From: Callorhinchus milii
Taxonomy: Eukaryota
Assembly (NCBI RefSeq): GCF_018977255.1
Contig: NW_024704742.1
Span: 75,146,001-75,210,000, forward strand
Length of the DNA: 64,000 nucleotides
Direction of reading: 5' to 3'
The notes below the pieces were generated by a model that worked only from the letters and a program-made list of their open reading frames with translations, was not told where the DNA came from and ran no database searches. Position numbers and translations under genes: made by a program. Positions 12,601 to 24,510 of the stretch are shown in pieces (position 1 is the stretch's first letter; every line of letters begins with the position of its first letter).

Positions 12601-13420
12601 TGGTTATATTGATAAATCAGTTGAATTTAAATCCCTAAATATCTTATTCAGGCTGTACAATGCTCTGGTCAGACCCAACCTTGAATACTGCATCCAGTCC
12701 TGGACTCTGCAACATAACAGTAGCTGCCCAAACTCTCGAGGCAGTGTATTGGAGAGCAACGAGGATGATCCCCAGCTTTAGAGGAATGAGCTATGAGTAA
12801 TGATTAGACAAGCTGTAAAGTTCTTCAGTCTTGAGCAAAGATGATTCAGAGGGGACAACAACAACAAAAACTTGCATTTATATAATGCCCTTCATGTTGG
12901 GTAGTGTCTCAGAGCTCCTAACAGTGGCAGAGCCTGAAGCCGATCTGTGGAGATGGAGGGGTGACCGAAGCACGGTCAAAGAGGAAGGTCGTCAGCCATG
13001 ATCTGAAAGAGGGGAAGGAGGGGGCAAGATGGAGGAATTGAGGGAAAGAGTTCCAAAGTTTCGAAAGCATGACTGTTGATGGTCGAGCAGAGGGGACGAG
13101 GGGCAAGCAGGGGGCCAGAGTCTCATTGAGGTGTGTAACATTATAAATGGGATTGAAAAAGTAAACCCACTCAGGATGCAACAAGACCGTAGAGCATAAG
13201 AACATAGGTTTAGAGCTGTAAAGGGCAATTTCAGGACAGATACCAGGAAGCTTTTCTTTACTCAGAGGACAATCAACAACTGGAACAGGTTACCAGGAAG
13301 GATGGGAGAAGTTAAAACACTAGGCACATTTAAAAAGCAGCTTAATGCAGGGATGGGATGGGATGGTGGGTGTTCTGGAGGGATGAGATTCAATGTGCCG
13401 AAGGGCCTTTTTNCATCCAG
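12600..13420 (+). mobile_element. CR1 LINE 3' end with a nested minus-strand L2 tail (~12857-13110)
   Basis: LYNALVRPNLEYCIQSW; the RGD/LIEV motif is split by the L2 insertion. Confidence 0.8.
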
Positions 13421-13540
13421 ACCAATATAGCCCAGCATCTTATTTGCCTTGCTTATTGCTGCTTCACATTGTTTTGACACAATGAGCTACAAGTAAACTA
13501 GAACTCTTTCAGTTTCTCCCTTGGCAAGTTCTATCCCATT

Positions 13541-14645
13541 CAACAACAACAACAACTTGGATTTATATAGCGCCCTCCACGCCAGACGGCGTCTCAGAGC
13601 GCCTCACAATAACGGATCCTGGCACCGAGCCAGGAGGAGGGGGAGAAAGGTGACCAAAGGCGCAGTCGAAAAGAAAGGTCTTCAGCCGAGACCTGAAAAT
13701 GGGAAGGGAGGGAACGAGAGAAAGGGAGTGAGGAAGCGAATTCCAGAGCCTCGGGGCATAGTGGCTGAAGGCACGGCTGCCGAGGGTGGAGCGGGGGACT
13801 CAGGGGACGAGGAGGAGGCCAGACCCGGAGGAACAAAGTAAACGGGTATTGTTTTGAGGAGAGAGGAGTTCAGAGAGATAGGGAGGTGCAGAAGAGTGCA
13901 GGGACTTGAATACAAGGGTGAGGATCTTGAAATCGATAAAGAAAAAAATGCGCGGTTGAAACCATTAAAGTCCAAGACCAAGTTGTCGTGGGTGAAGGAC
14001 AGTTCTGCTTCTGCCTTCTTGAAGTCGATCCTCTCTGGGACAGGCAGCCAGTGCAATCTGGCAAGGACTGAGGTGATCTGGATTTTATGGATGGTAGTGG
14101 ATGGGAGACCGGCGAGGAGGGCATTAGAATAGTCCAGCCAAGAGGTGACAAAGGCATGGACTAGGGTTTCAGCGGCTTTCGGAGAGAGATATTGGCGGAG
14201 GAAGGCAATGCATTGGAGGTGCACCGGATGTGGGGAAGGAAGGATAATTGGGGTTGAACCTGACCCTAGGTTGCGTAAGGGTTCGGAGAGTTTTAGGGGT
14301 AGGTCGGGTAGGTGGTGGAGGTGAGAGCCGTGAGATTTTAGATGTTGATGAGAGCCAAAGAGTATGGCTTCTGTCTTGTCAACGTTCAGCTGAAAGAAAT
14401 TTGGGCTTATCCAGCCCTTGAGATCTGACAGGCAGACTGGCAGAACATCAGGGGACTGGGGGTCGCAAAGAGAGGTGGAAAAATAGAGCTGGGTGTCGTC
14501 TGCGTACATGTGGAAATGTACCCCATGTCTGCGGATGACATCCCCAAGAGGGAACATATAGATCAGAACGAGGAGGGGGCCAAGGATGGACCCTTGGGGT
14601 ACCCCGCAGGCAACCGGGTGAGAGCGGGAGGAGAAGCCGTTCATT
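13541..14645 (-). mobile_element. L2 LINE 3' ~1.1 kb, relatively young, inserted in a CR1
   Basis: [12 protein letters not shown]...HMYADDTQLY...LNVDKTE...LDYSNALLAGLP; (TTG)n tail at 13541-13556. Confidence 0.95.
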
Positions 14646-14649
14646 CAGT

Positions 14650-15440
14650 ACGTGTATTTCCTCTTCATTAGATTATTTTATATAGGTAATCTTCCACTGC
14701 CTTTCTGATGATTAAAGCCATTATTTTTCCTATTATTGAGGTCAGGCTAATGGGTCTATATTTGACAGGTTTAGTTTTGTCAGCCTTCTTGAATATGAGA
14801 ACAACATTTCAATCTAATTTATTGGAACCTCCCCAGTCCTGATTAACTCCTTCATAATATGTCGGTCCTGCACAAATCTCCTGACTTGTCTCCCTAAGTA
14901 CCCCTGGGATTTGTTAGTTTTAAACTCATATCCACTATCCCACCCTCACTTTTATTAAAGTCCTGGAGCTCCAACAATGTTTGCTGGCTGTTGGGGAGTA
15001 TGTTTTTAATGTCCACCCTGGTTAAAAATCTCCAGGAAGTAGTCATTTAATCTGTTTGCTATCTCATGTGTATTCTTGTTTTCAACCCCATTTGAATTCC
15101 CCAGGATCTTAATGTCTTCCCTGATTACCTCTTTATTGTTGTGATATTGGAAGAATTTGGGGGGTTATGTTTTGATTTGCTGCTGTGTCCCTTTCCACTT
15201 CTCTCCCCTTTTATTTAACGTATAAATTATCCTCTGTTTACATGGAGTATGCAAAGCTATATAAACTTAAGAGCATGATAAAGGTGTTACTCCAAATGTC
15301 TGATTACATGGAATTGAATTCCATGCTCCCACTTCTGCTTTGCTTTTGTTCACCTTGCAGCTGTTTCCCGTGTGTTTTTTACTCGTTATTTGGCCAGTAG
15401 GAAGTGCACTTCCACACCTTAGGTCCCAGTGATGGGAATG
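14650..15440 (-). mobile_element. Old CR1 ORF2 fragment; probably the same element as 13420-13540
   Basis: Minus strand shows degenerate IFKKADKTKPVKYRPISLTS, the CR1 RT N-terminus. Confidence 0.6.
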
Positions 15441-15862
15441 TTGCCACATATGCTGTTTTCACCATCAGCAGCTTTATACAGCATGTCCACCAGCTTTATA
15501 TCTCCCACCCTCCTCTGCAGAGGCAGCACAGCACAGTTGCTCAGGGTTTATAAGCAGTCCAGCCAAGAATCTGGGGGAGGGGGGAACATTGAATCAGGTC
15601 AGTTCAAATGAGGTTGCAGCTCACATCCAACTCGTGATTTTCTTGGACAAATCTATTAGAGCTATGAGGCTATCTGAAATAGAACATATTTGAAATAAAT
15701 GAAGTTAATTTACCGAGTAACAGGATGTTTGGGAATTGCCAGCGATTCAAACGCTTTTGCTGAGTGCATGAATGGACAATGGTGAGCCATATTGTCTGTC
15801 TCACGCATTCAGTTAATGCTTACTTTCAATTTTAACATTATATTGTGTGTGTTTTGTTTCAG

Positions 15863-16061
15863 TGGTACCAGAAGCTTGCTTGACTTTAATAAGAAAATGA
15901 GAAAGAGGATGTAATAAACTGAAAATCTGACCAGATCTGCTTGATTAGCAACAGCAGTATTGTGTTGTGCACGAAAGCTGAAGGGAAGGTCCCTGACTCA
16001 GTGCGAGCTCTGTCACGCTGCTGTTTATCACTGTGCTTTACACTTTGTTTGGGGCACAGCA
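15863..16061 (+). other. 5'UTR part of the main exon, including uORF MRKRM* (15897-15914)
   Basis: Acceptor tgtgtgtgttttgtttcag ends at 15862; ATG AGA AAG AGG ATG TAA lies upstream of the main ATG. Confidence 0.65.
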
Positions 16062-16889
16062 ATGTCTGGTGAAAGCAGTCCTGTTTGCACTGGGAATGCT
16101 TGCAAGGAACAGCCCGCTGCTTTCCACCAGAACGGTAAGGAAAAGGATGAGCCTAGCATCGTCGTGGTGGATTCAGACTCAGACAATGAAAGCTACAGGC
16201 TCTCTGCAAACCGCAGCAAAACAAACCTCTCACCGAAGCAGACAGCAAAGATTTCACCAACAACCACGTCTCTGTTTCCTAATGCCAGACTAGGTGGATC
16301 ACTTTGGAATAATGACACTGCCGTGCTCCTGGGAAGGAAATCAGCCGCAATAAATTCTAATAAGACCCACATGCATATAAATGACTCCCAGGGGGCAGAC
16401 AAGATTGACAGACTGCCAGAGACTTTGCAAATAGTGCATAATGATCCAGTCGCTCCCTCATCTCCTGAACCCAGCAAGACGTCAGCAGGAGATTGCCCGA
16501 ATGAGCCTAAGTGCACTTCTTCCGACGCTGAGATAATGGCTCTCCGGGAACGTGTTGGGGCTTTCTCTGCATTTCCAGCTCTAGGGGGCATATCATTACC
16601 TCCGGGGATCATCATCATGACAGCCCTGCATTCCCCTGCAGCTCTCGCAGCGATGTCAGACAGTGCCTTTCAGATCGCCAACCTGACAGATTGCCCTCTG
16701 CACAATGCCACGGGAGGCTGCGGCCACCCTGCCAAAAAGAAAAGGAAAAGGTGCGGGGTGTGCGCTCCCTGCAGGAGGCTGATCAACTGTGGAGAATGCA
16801 GCAGCTGCAGGAACCGTAAAACTGGCCACCAAATCTGTAAATTACGGAAATGCGAGGAGTTAAAGAAGAAACCCGGCACTTCACTCGAG
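16062..16889 (+). CDS. cxxc4: CXXC-type zinc finger protein 4-like (IDAX/CXXC4-CXXC5 family), main coding exon (276 codons)
   Basis: Encodes [48 protein letters not shown] (CXXC4-type block) and [52 protein letters not shown] (CXXC domain with the KTxxxI Dvl-binding motif). First in-frame ATG at 16062 (gcaATGt); the ORF-track start at 15960 is TTG. Acceptor gttttgtttcag ends at 15862; donor GAG|gtacag at 16890. Family is certain, orthology is not. Confidence 0.93.
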
Positions 16890-18234
16890 GTACAGTGAGC
16901 TTAACCGTTTTGGGCATCATTTATTTTCATCTCCTCTGTGCAAATCTGCTCCCAGCTCAGAGCGTGCCTGTCCCTCGGTTAATAGCACCTTCAGGTTTTA
17001 AAACACTGTCCTTAAGACGGTTAATCCTTTTGATCGTCTCAAATTAATTCGAGAATTTAGTGTAATCTGGGAATCAAAATATTGGTTCACTTAAGCAGCA
17101 GTCGTTCACCTTTCCTTTGATGGAACAACAAACAAGTAGCAGGTAAATATGCTCTCTGAAGAATGAATAGTTGTCATGAAGTGCAAGAGGTGGTTCAGAC
17201 CAGTAAGTCTATGAATGGCAAAGCCACCAGTCATTTGCAAGCCCTGATCCATCCTTCGCCCTTTTAAATATTATGTGTATATTCCTCCATTTAAAGGCAA
17301 CACAGTAGAATGTGGGCAGGGGGTTGTTCCTCTGAACAGTATTTACTCAGTCAGAGGTGAGTTATGGCTGCAGAGAGGTTAATTGGGAATCTTTTGTTTT
17401 GGTTAGCTGGGGTCTGACACATGCAGAAGTCCATCACCATGGTTATTAGTATTCACAACCAGATTGAGAGTTCCATATTTGAATCCCACCCATGGGCATA
17501 GGCGGTGGGTGGGCGGCGAGGGCGAGAGGGGCTCAGTCCCACCCTTCAATCTATCTACCAGCTCACCACTTTGCTCTAGTTTTGGCATAAAATGTGCACT
17601 ATACACTGGCCAACAGCCAAAGCCAGCAGCCTTGCAGTGTAATGTCTCCCCATTCAAACAGGTCCTGGCTTCCTTCCATTGCTTTTGCTGAGGGAGATTT
17701 GACATGAAGAAGAGATTCAAGGGGAGCTGGGAAGGAAAAACCTTGAGCCCTGAGGAGGACCAAGGCTAGCTCTCCAAGCAGCCCCAATCCGTGGCACCCA
17801 CAGCCCCTTTCTTGCCCCTCTCCCAACTCAACGGCGGTACCTGCCCACTTTCAGTCCAGTGGGCTGCTCGTCAAGGTGTCCTTGCCAAAAAATACTGGTC
17901 AATGAAGCTGTCAGACAAGCCAAAGGCTTGCCTATCTTAAAGGGGACCGACCTTTTAACTTTAATTTTTAACTTTATTCCTGTTTGTTTTATAATCATGT
18001 ATTTTGTTTCATTTTTGTTTTATATGTTGCTTTTTGTTTTATTTAGTGTTATTTCGTATGTGCCCAAAATACAGGGCTCTAACTATAAATCACACAATTC
18101 TGAATGACTTGAAATGTTCCTGAGCGCAGCAGTATTAAGGTTTACTCAGCCCTCCCGCCTTCCCCCCCGCCAAAAGAATATTTTCGCCCACCATTTATGT
18201 ATGCGGGTTCAAATTTCCTCGTCTGGAATGGATT

Positions 18235-18562
18235 GTACATGTCTGGCAAGCTTCCCCCTGCTTGTCCAGCTGGGATCATCCTACCCATTACGGCTTTGGC
18301 TTGCAGGATCAACAGGGCTAAATACAAAGAATTCTTGCCTGGTCTGCCCTCCAAGTCCTGGCAATGAGTCACTCTGGCTGGTCTGCCATCAGCAGTGTTC
18401 TGGAGTACTGCAGACCTGTCTGTCTCAGGAACCGGACTACCCAGACTGCCACTACTGACACAGAGGATTGACTTGATTGTGATATTCCATTACCAAACAT
18501 GTCACCTTGCAGCCAGCTCAGCTCAGCAGACCTTGCTTTACCTACCCCTTAGGAGGATAGTG
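18235..18562 (-). mobile_element. Unclassified ~600-bp poly(A) retroposon, 5' half
   Basis: Reverse complement starts actatcctcctaaggggtaggt, matching the copy at 58539. Confidence 0.75.
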
Positions 18563-20411
18563 TCATTTAAGATAGAAAGTAGGAGGAAATACTTTAGGGG
18601 AATGTAGGTCAGCGCATAGTTGTGCCTCTTTATGAAGTAGCTGAGGACAGTGCTTTAAAAATCATACAAATGGTGATAAAATATTGATAATAATATAATA
18701 ATCCTTGCATTTGATATAGTGCCTTATCACGTCTTTGAGATAGATGTCTCAAAGCGCTTCACATAATATACTGTAAAGTGAATTGACTGTACATTTTGTG
18801 ACTGAAACATGGCAGCCAATTGTGCACAGCAGTGTCCCACAAACAGTCATGGATTGAGTGACCACATTTTTTTTAAAGTATTTCTACGAGAAAATAAAAT
18901 GTTGACTGTACACAGTAATATGGATTGTGCATATGTGCCAATATATTTATCTTAGTGAAAGGAGCATTTGGAATACAACGTTAGATGTACATGCAGCCAG
19001 TGAAAATATTAGCATTGGTATACAGCCATAATAATAATATTAATAATCCTTGCATTTGATATAGCACCTTATTGTGACATAGAGATATACATCTCTGAGC
19101 ACCTTAACCAACAATGTTTCGACTCAGAGGTGAGAGTGCTACCACTGAACCCGGCTAACACACTTAGAAATGTACAACATAAGAGAAACTTATCAACCCA
19201 TTTTTTCATGTTTTCTCTTCCAAGAAGACAATCCCAACTGAGGGCAGGGATTCTTCCCATTTAGCTCCTGTTACCCCTGCAAGCCAAAGCCCTACCAATC
19301 AGGGTTTGGACAGGAGGTATAAAGCTTGCCAAACAGTCCACACAGACGCAGGAAAATTCCCAAGTTTGGTGCTCTCCCTTGCATCCTCTGATACCTTTCC
19401 TCTGAATGTATTTGTCTAATTGACTGTTAAATGTTCCCAATAATCTCTGCTCTAACAGCCACCCCCAGCAAATCATTCCATAGACTGACAACCTTCTGGA
19501 AGAACACATAATTGAATGATGGAGTCAAAATAACTTAAAGATGATAAAGTCAAGGACATTATCTTTTTATTCTGCCGGGTATCTGACACATGCACAAAAC
19601 CATCACCATGCTTAGGAGAATCCAAACCAGACTGAGAGTTCCAAACACATCCTACTGACAAATGTAAATGCCCATTTATTGGAAAGGAATGTGCGCTCTC
19701 TCCGTGGAGGGATGCATCCTGCTTACCTAATTACGGCGAGTATTTGCCGCAGGCTGACAAGAACCAGCGTGGCTGGTCTGTTATCAGCAGTGTCTTAATG
19801 TGGAATCCCTGGCTCAAGAATTGAGCCAATGCAGCTCCAACAAAACTCCACTTATATACCACCACCCCAACCCCCCTCTCCTACAACCAGAAGAAAGTCA
19901 CCAATTGGTCATTTGACATCTGACAGTTGTAGGTTTGAGGCCTCACTAAGTGGATGGCAGGTACTAGGAACTCCCTGTGAGCTTCTTGGTGGGCAACACA
20001 GCTCAGCATGAAATGTGTGAGAGCATTGCCACCATCTTCCTTAAAGTGACAACACTTTGGAGATACTAGTGCTACTGAATACTGCCCATGAAAGTAAAAT
20101 GTCACACTGCAAACAATTCTAGCAATTCTCTTGACATTGTCAGTTAGTCTCTCTCTTGTCTCGGAGTCAGAAGCGTGTGGGTTCAAGCACGATCTCACAA
20201 TTTTGAATTCACAATGTAGGTTGGTACTCCAGGACTGGGCTGGGAGAGCATCCAAATGATGGCTCCTTTAACAAATCTGGGAGGGACACGCCAGGGCTGT
20301 TGGTGGGGCCATCATTTGGAATACAATGTTAAACCAAGGTCCTTGTTCGGGTGAACGTTAAATATATATTTTTTGCCAGATTTCTGAATTAATAAGATTA
20401 ATGCTGCCATC

Positions 20412-20967
20412 ACTATCCTCCTCGGGGGAGGAGGTGGGCTTTCCTTTGAACTGAACTGGCTCCGAGGTGACATATTTGACAAAGGAATGTCAGAATCGAG
20501 TCAACCCTCTGAGTTAGTCTTGGTAGTCCGGTTCCTGAGTCAGGTGGGACCGGAGTATTCCACGGCACTGCTGAAGACAGACCAGTTAGCCTGCCTCATC
20601 ATTAGGACTTGGAGGGGCAGACCAGTCCCTGGGGCAGGGATTCTTCCCACTCAGCTCCCGGCAACCCTAAAAGCCAAATGTCTAATGGGTCAGCTAGTCC
20701 CAGCTAGAAAAGCAACGGGAAAGCTTGCAGATAGAGTGTTTGATGGCAAGCTGTGCGGGTTTAGCTGGTTAGACACCAGCAGTACCCCAATGCACAATCT
20801 GATGTCCCTAATGCCAGCCTTTTGCTCGCCTAATGTTCTCTAGAATTAGGTACAGGCTAGTAATTTCCATGTGTAGGTGGGATGCATGGAACTCCCAGTT
20901 TCATTTGGATACTCTTAAGCATAGTGATGGGTTTCTGCACATGTCAGACACCCAGCTGACCAAAAAA
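20412..20967 (+). mobile_element. Unclassified ~600-bp poly(A) retroposon, near full length
   Basis: Same 5' start (actatcctcctcggggg) and 3' end (gtcagacacccagctgaccaaaaaa) as 58539-59136. Confidence 0.85.
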
Positions 20968-21099
20968 TTTAAACTGTTGCGAAGTCTACCCACTTCAGGT
21001 GGTGCAGCTTTAATAGGAAGGGGACAAGCACAGGAAGGAAAAGGAGTTTGCAGAACTTGGGTGGAAAGATATCTGTTCCTAAAATCTTCCCAGACTGAA

Positions 21100-21500
21100 G
21101 ATCCCTCATAACTATGTAGAGTTCCTTGTGATTTGAGAGATTATAAACATTTGCTTAATCTTGTGCAAGTGACGAAAAGGAAAGCGAGTTCAGAGTTTGC
21201 CATCTCTTTGGCTTTTCCTCAGCTTCTGACTCATGCAGCTGAGAACAGTATGTAGCAAACTCCCTATTTATCTCCTCTGGCTCACCAGCAATCCTGCCAG
21301 ACTTTTGTTTTGAATTTGGGATAGCTCTATTTTGAGCTATATTTTTCATGAAATGTGTGAGAGCATTGCCACCATCTTCCTATTCACAGCTCAGACACAC
21401 ATCCTTACTCACTGAATGGTAGTTCCACTAGGTGTTGAAGGTGAGCAGCAACTGCTTACCTCTCTGCAAACCAATCAATTTGGATTCCAAATCCTATATA
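21100..21500 (-). mobile_element. Old L1/Tx1-like ORF2 fragment
   Basis: ORF 21155-21349 GRIAGEPEEINREFATYCSQLHESE resembles the L1 EN-RT linker (P.EIN..F..YY..LY.SE). Confidence 0.55.
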
Positions 21501-22109
21501 TATGAACATGTGTTCACAAACATGGGCTCCAGGTAATGCATTCCAGCAGCTATTGTCCCAAGCCTCAGAGATTCTTCATCAGCTATTTAATGGACATGTT
21601 TTCAGTGTGGTGTGAGGATCTTCACAGGACAGCTTGTGATGTGCAAGCCACCTTGGTGCTCTTGAGTTCTAAGTTTAATGCCATATACCAGCCTTACTCA
21701 GCACCAGCTGCTCAATCCAAATCCTCACGTTAGCAAATAGATATGCCCATCATGAAGCCAACTCTGCATCCAGGGTGCTCAGCGATAGGTCACTATAGGC
21801 TGGAGCCCTCCCTCCCTGCAACTGCTTGCAGTGTTTGCCACAAATCCACCTCGATGCCTCATCCTTGACTTCACAAATTGGCTGGAGGAAGATTCTCTGC
21901 TGCATTCCCAGGAGCTCAGATCCACAAAGCAAATAGAAAGTACTGAGGATTGGAATAGGATTAAAATCAGGTGAACAATAGAAGGGCAGATTGCAGATAA
22001 TAGCCTGGAGGATCAGGAAGTGGTAGAGGTGTAAAATGAAGTCTTCACATCCTTCTTGTCAGGTAAAGACTGCAGTTCAGTTGTATCCAGTCAGTTTAGT
22101 TATTTTATC

Positions 22110-22485
22110 TGCCAGCCTGCCTCAGTGGTAGCACTCTCACCTCTGAGTCAGAAGGTTGTGGATTCAAGCCACAAGTCAGGAAATGAACTCACATGTTCAC
22201 TAAAGTTGATACTCCAGTGTAGTGCAGGCAGGGTGTTGCATTGTTGGAGGTGCCATCCTTTGGATGAGACATTAACCCAGAAAAGAGAAGTGCCCGGGCC
22301 AACAATCCCCAAATTGTTTATTCGTTTCATGGCTGTTTGTGGGACATTGCTGTGCGCAATTGGACTACTGCGTTCACCCACAAAACGCTCCAGTCCACTT
22401 TCCAGTAAATCCTATGAAATGCTTTGGGCTGTCCTCCCAATGTGAAAGGCACCATACCAAATGTAAGGATTAATTATATTATTAT
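22110..22485 (+). mobile_element. Deu-type SINE (SacSINE1-like) with an internal deletion
   Basis: ctcagtggtagcactctcacctctgagtcagaaggttgtggattcaagcc head and shared tail. Confidence 0.85.
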
Positions 22486-23354
22486 AACACTCTAAAATAT
22501 AGTGAGAATAAAGGAGCTGTTATGAAGAAACTGCAGGAATGAATGAATTGGGGCAGACCACGTGGCATGCAGGAGCATGCACCAGAAGCTTTTTTAGTTA
22601 GCTGCATATCACATGTGGCACATGCCAGAAGCTGGCCTGCCTGTTCCAAGCCCGAACTGTGCCATACGTCCAGTAACTGCAGGCCTAGAGGAGAGTTCTA
22701 AACAACTAGATCTACCAAGGTATTTAATAACAGAGTAATCCTGGTTCTGTATAAGAGAAATTAGAAGCATTTAAAATGATCCAGTTCAACTGAGTAATGA
22801 GCTAAATAATAGCATGTTGATAAATGTAAATGTAAGAACATAAGAATTAGGAGCAGGAATAGGCCATTTGGCCCCTCTAGCCTGCCCCTCCATTCAATAA
22901 GATCATGGCTGATCTATTCTAACTCCACCTACCCACCTTATTCCCATATCCCTTAATCCCTTTATCCACAAGAAAAAATGTGTGAGCAATTCATATCGAT
23001 CAAGAAAAAAATGTGTGGTTGAAACCATTAAAGTCCAAGACCAAGTTGTCGTAGGTGAAAGAAAGTTCTGCTTCTGCCTTCATTTTTGTCAGACTCCAGG
23101 GTGAGGTCAATCTATTCGGTTAACAATCCTCTTTGCTTGGATGAGTTAAGCTTCAGGAGAAGATCTTCCTTGATGACTGACACTGATAATTGAAAATGAA
23201 TTGCATTCAAGGATAATAATAATTATCCAAATCCAGAAAATTTACACATTCCAACATTTCCCATCATGCAACAAGAAAAAAGACTAAATTAGAAATATGG
23301 TAGCTTCACAGGAAACCTTTATGATCTTACACATACAAAAGATTACTAGTGAAA

Positions 23355-24510
23355 ATGGAAGTGCATGGAGTCGGAGGTAATGTTGTGACATGGCTTGGTA
23401 ATTGGTTGGGAGGCAGGAAACAGAGAGTAGGGATAACGGGAACGTTGTCTGATTGGCGGGATATGACAAGTGGTGATCCCCAGGGGTCTGTACTGGGACC
23501 TCAGCTATTTGCATATGTATAAATGACTTGGATGAAGGAATAGAAAGTTTTATATCCCTATTTGCAGATAACACTAAGCTTGGAGACTCAGTAAGTTGTA
23601 TAGATGGGAGTAAGAAGTTACAAAGGGACTTAGACAGATTAAGTGAGTGGGCAAAGCTGTGGCAGATGGAGTTCAGTGTAGGGAAGTATGAGGTCATCCA
23701 CTATGGTCCAAAAAAAGATAAAGCAGAATATTTTCTTAATGGGGAGAAATTAAGAACTGTGGACGAGCAAAGAGATTTGGGTGTCCATATCCACAAATCA
23801 CTAAAAACTAGTTCCCGGATGCAAAAAGTAATCAAAAAGGCAAATGGAATGTTGGCCTTTATCTCAAGAGGTCTGGAGTACAAAAGGGAAGAAATGATGC
23901 TTCAGCTGCATATAGTGTTAGTCAGACCCCATCTAGAGAACTGCGTTCAGTTTTGGGCACCACACCTCAGGAAGGATATATTGGCCCTGGAGGGGGTGCA
24001 GCGCAGGTTCACCAGAATGTTACTGGGCCGAAAAGGGTTAAGTTACGAGGAAAGGCTGCGTAAACTTGGATTGTATTCCCTTGAGTTTAGAAGGTTGAGG
24101 GGTGATTTGATTGAGGTATTTAAGATGGTAAAGGGATTTGATAGGGTAGATAGAGAGAAGCTATTTCCTCTGGTGGGGAAATCCAAAACAAGGGGCATAG
24201 TCTTAAAATTAAAACCAGGACATTTAAGAGTGAAATCAGGAGGCATTTTTTCACTCAAAGGGTGGTAGAAATCTGGAATTTTCTCTCCCAAAAGGCCGTG
24301 GATGCTGAATCCATCCACACCTTCAAGAGTGAGGTTGATAGATTTTTGGTAGGTCAAGGTATTAAGGGATATGGGAAAAAGCGGGAAATTGGAATTGAAG
24401 GGATTAGTTGAGGTATAGATCAGCCTTGATCTAATTAAATGACGGAACAGGCTCGAAGGGTTGAGTGGCCTACTGCTATTCCTATGTTCCTCTGCTCCTA
24501 TGTTCCTATG
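23355..24510 (+). mobile_element. CR1 LINE 3' ~1.15 kb, relatively young
   Basis: FADNTKLG...LQRDLDRLSEWAKLWQMEF...LVRPHLENCVQFWAP...RRLRGDLIEVFK; (TTCCTATG)n tail. Confidence 0.95.

Noticed and set aside
13682..14644. Active reverse transcriptase gene
   Set aside because: 5'-truncated L2 with deletions, frameshifts and an insertion; no intact LINE in the window.
15960..16061. N-terminal extension MCCARKL... in the ORF track
   Set aside because: Starts at TTG with no family similarity; the ATG at 16062 is preferred.
19881..20255. Near-identical small ORFs at 19881-20255 (-) and 46733-47029 (+) as a duplicated gene
   Set aside because: Explained by the inverted duplication; includes antisense SINE-head sequence, has non-ATG or inconsistent starts, and many differences change amino acids.
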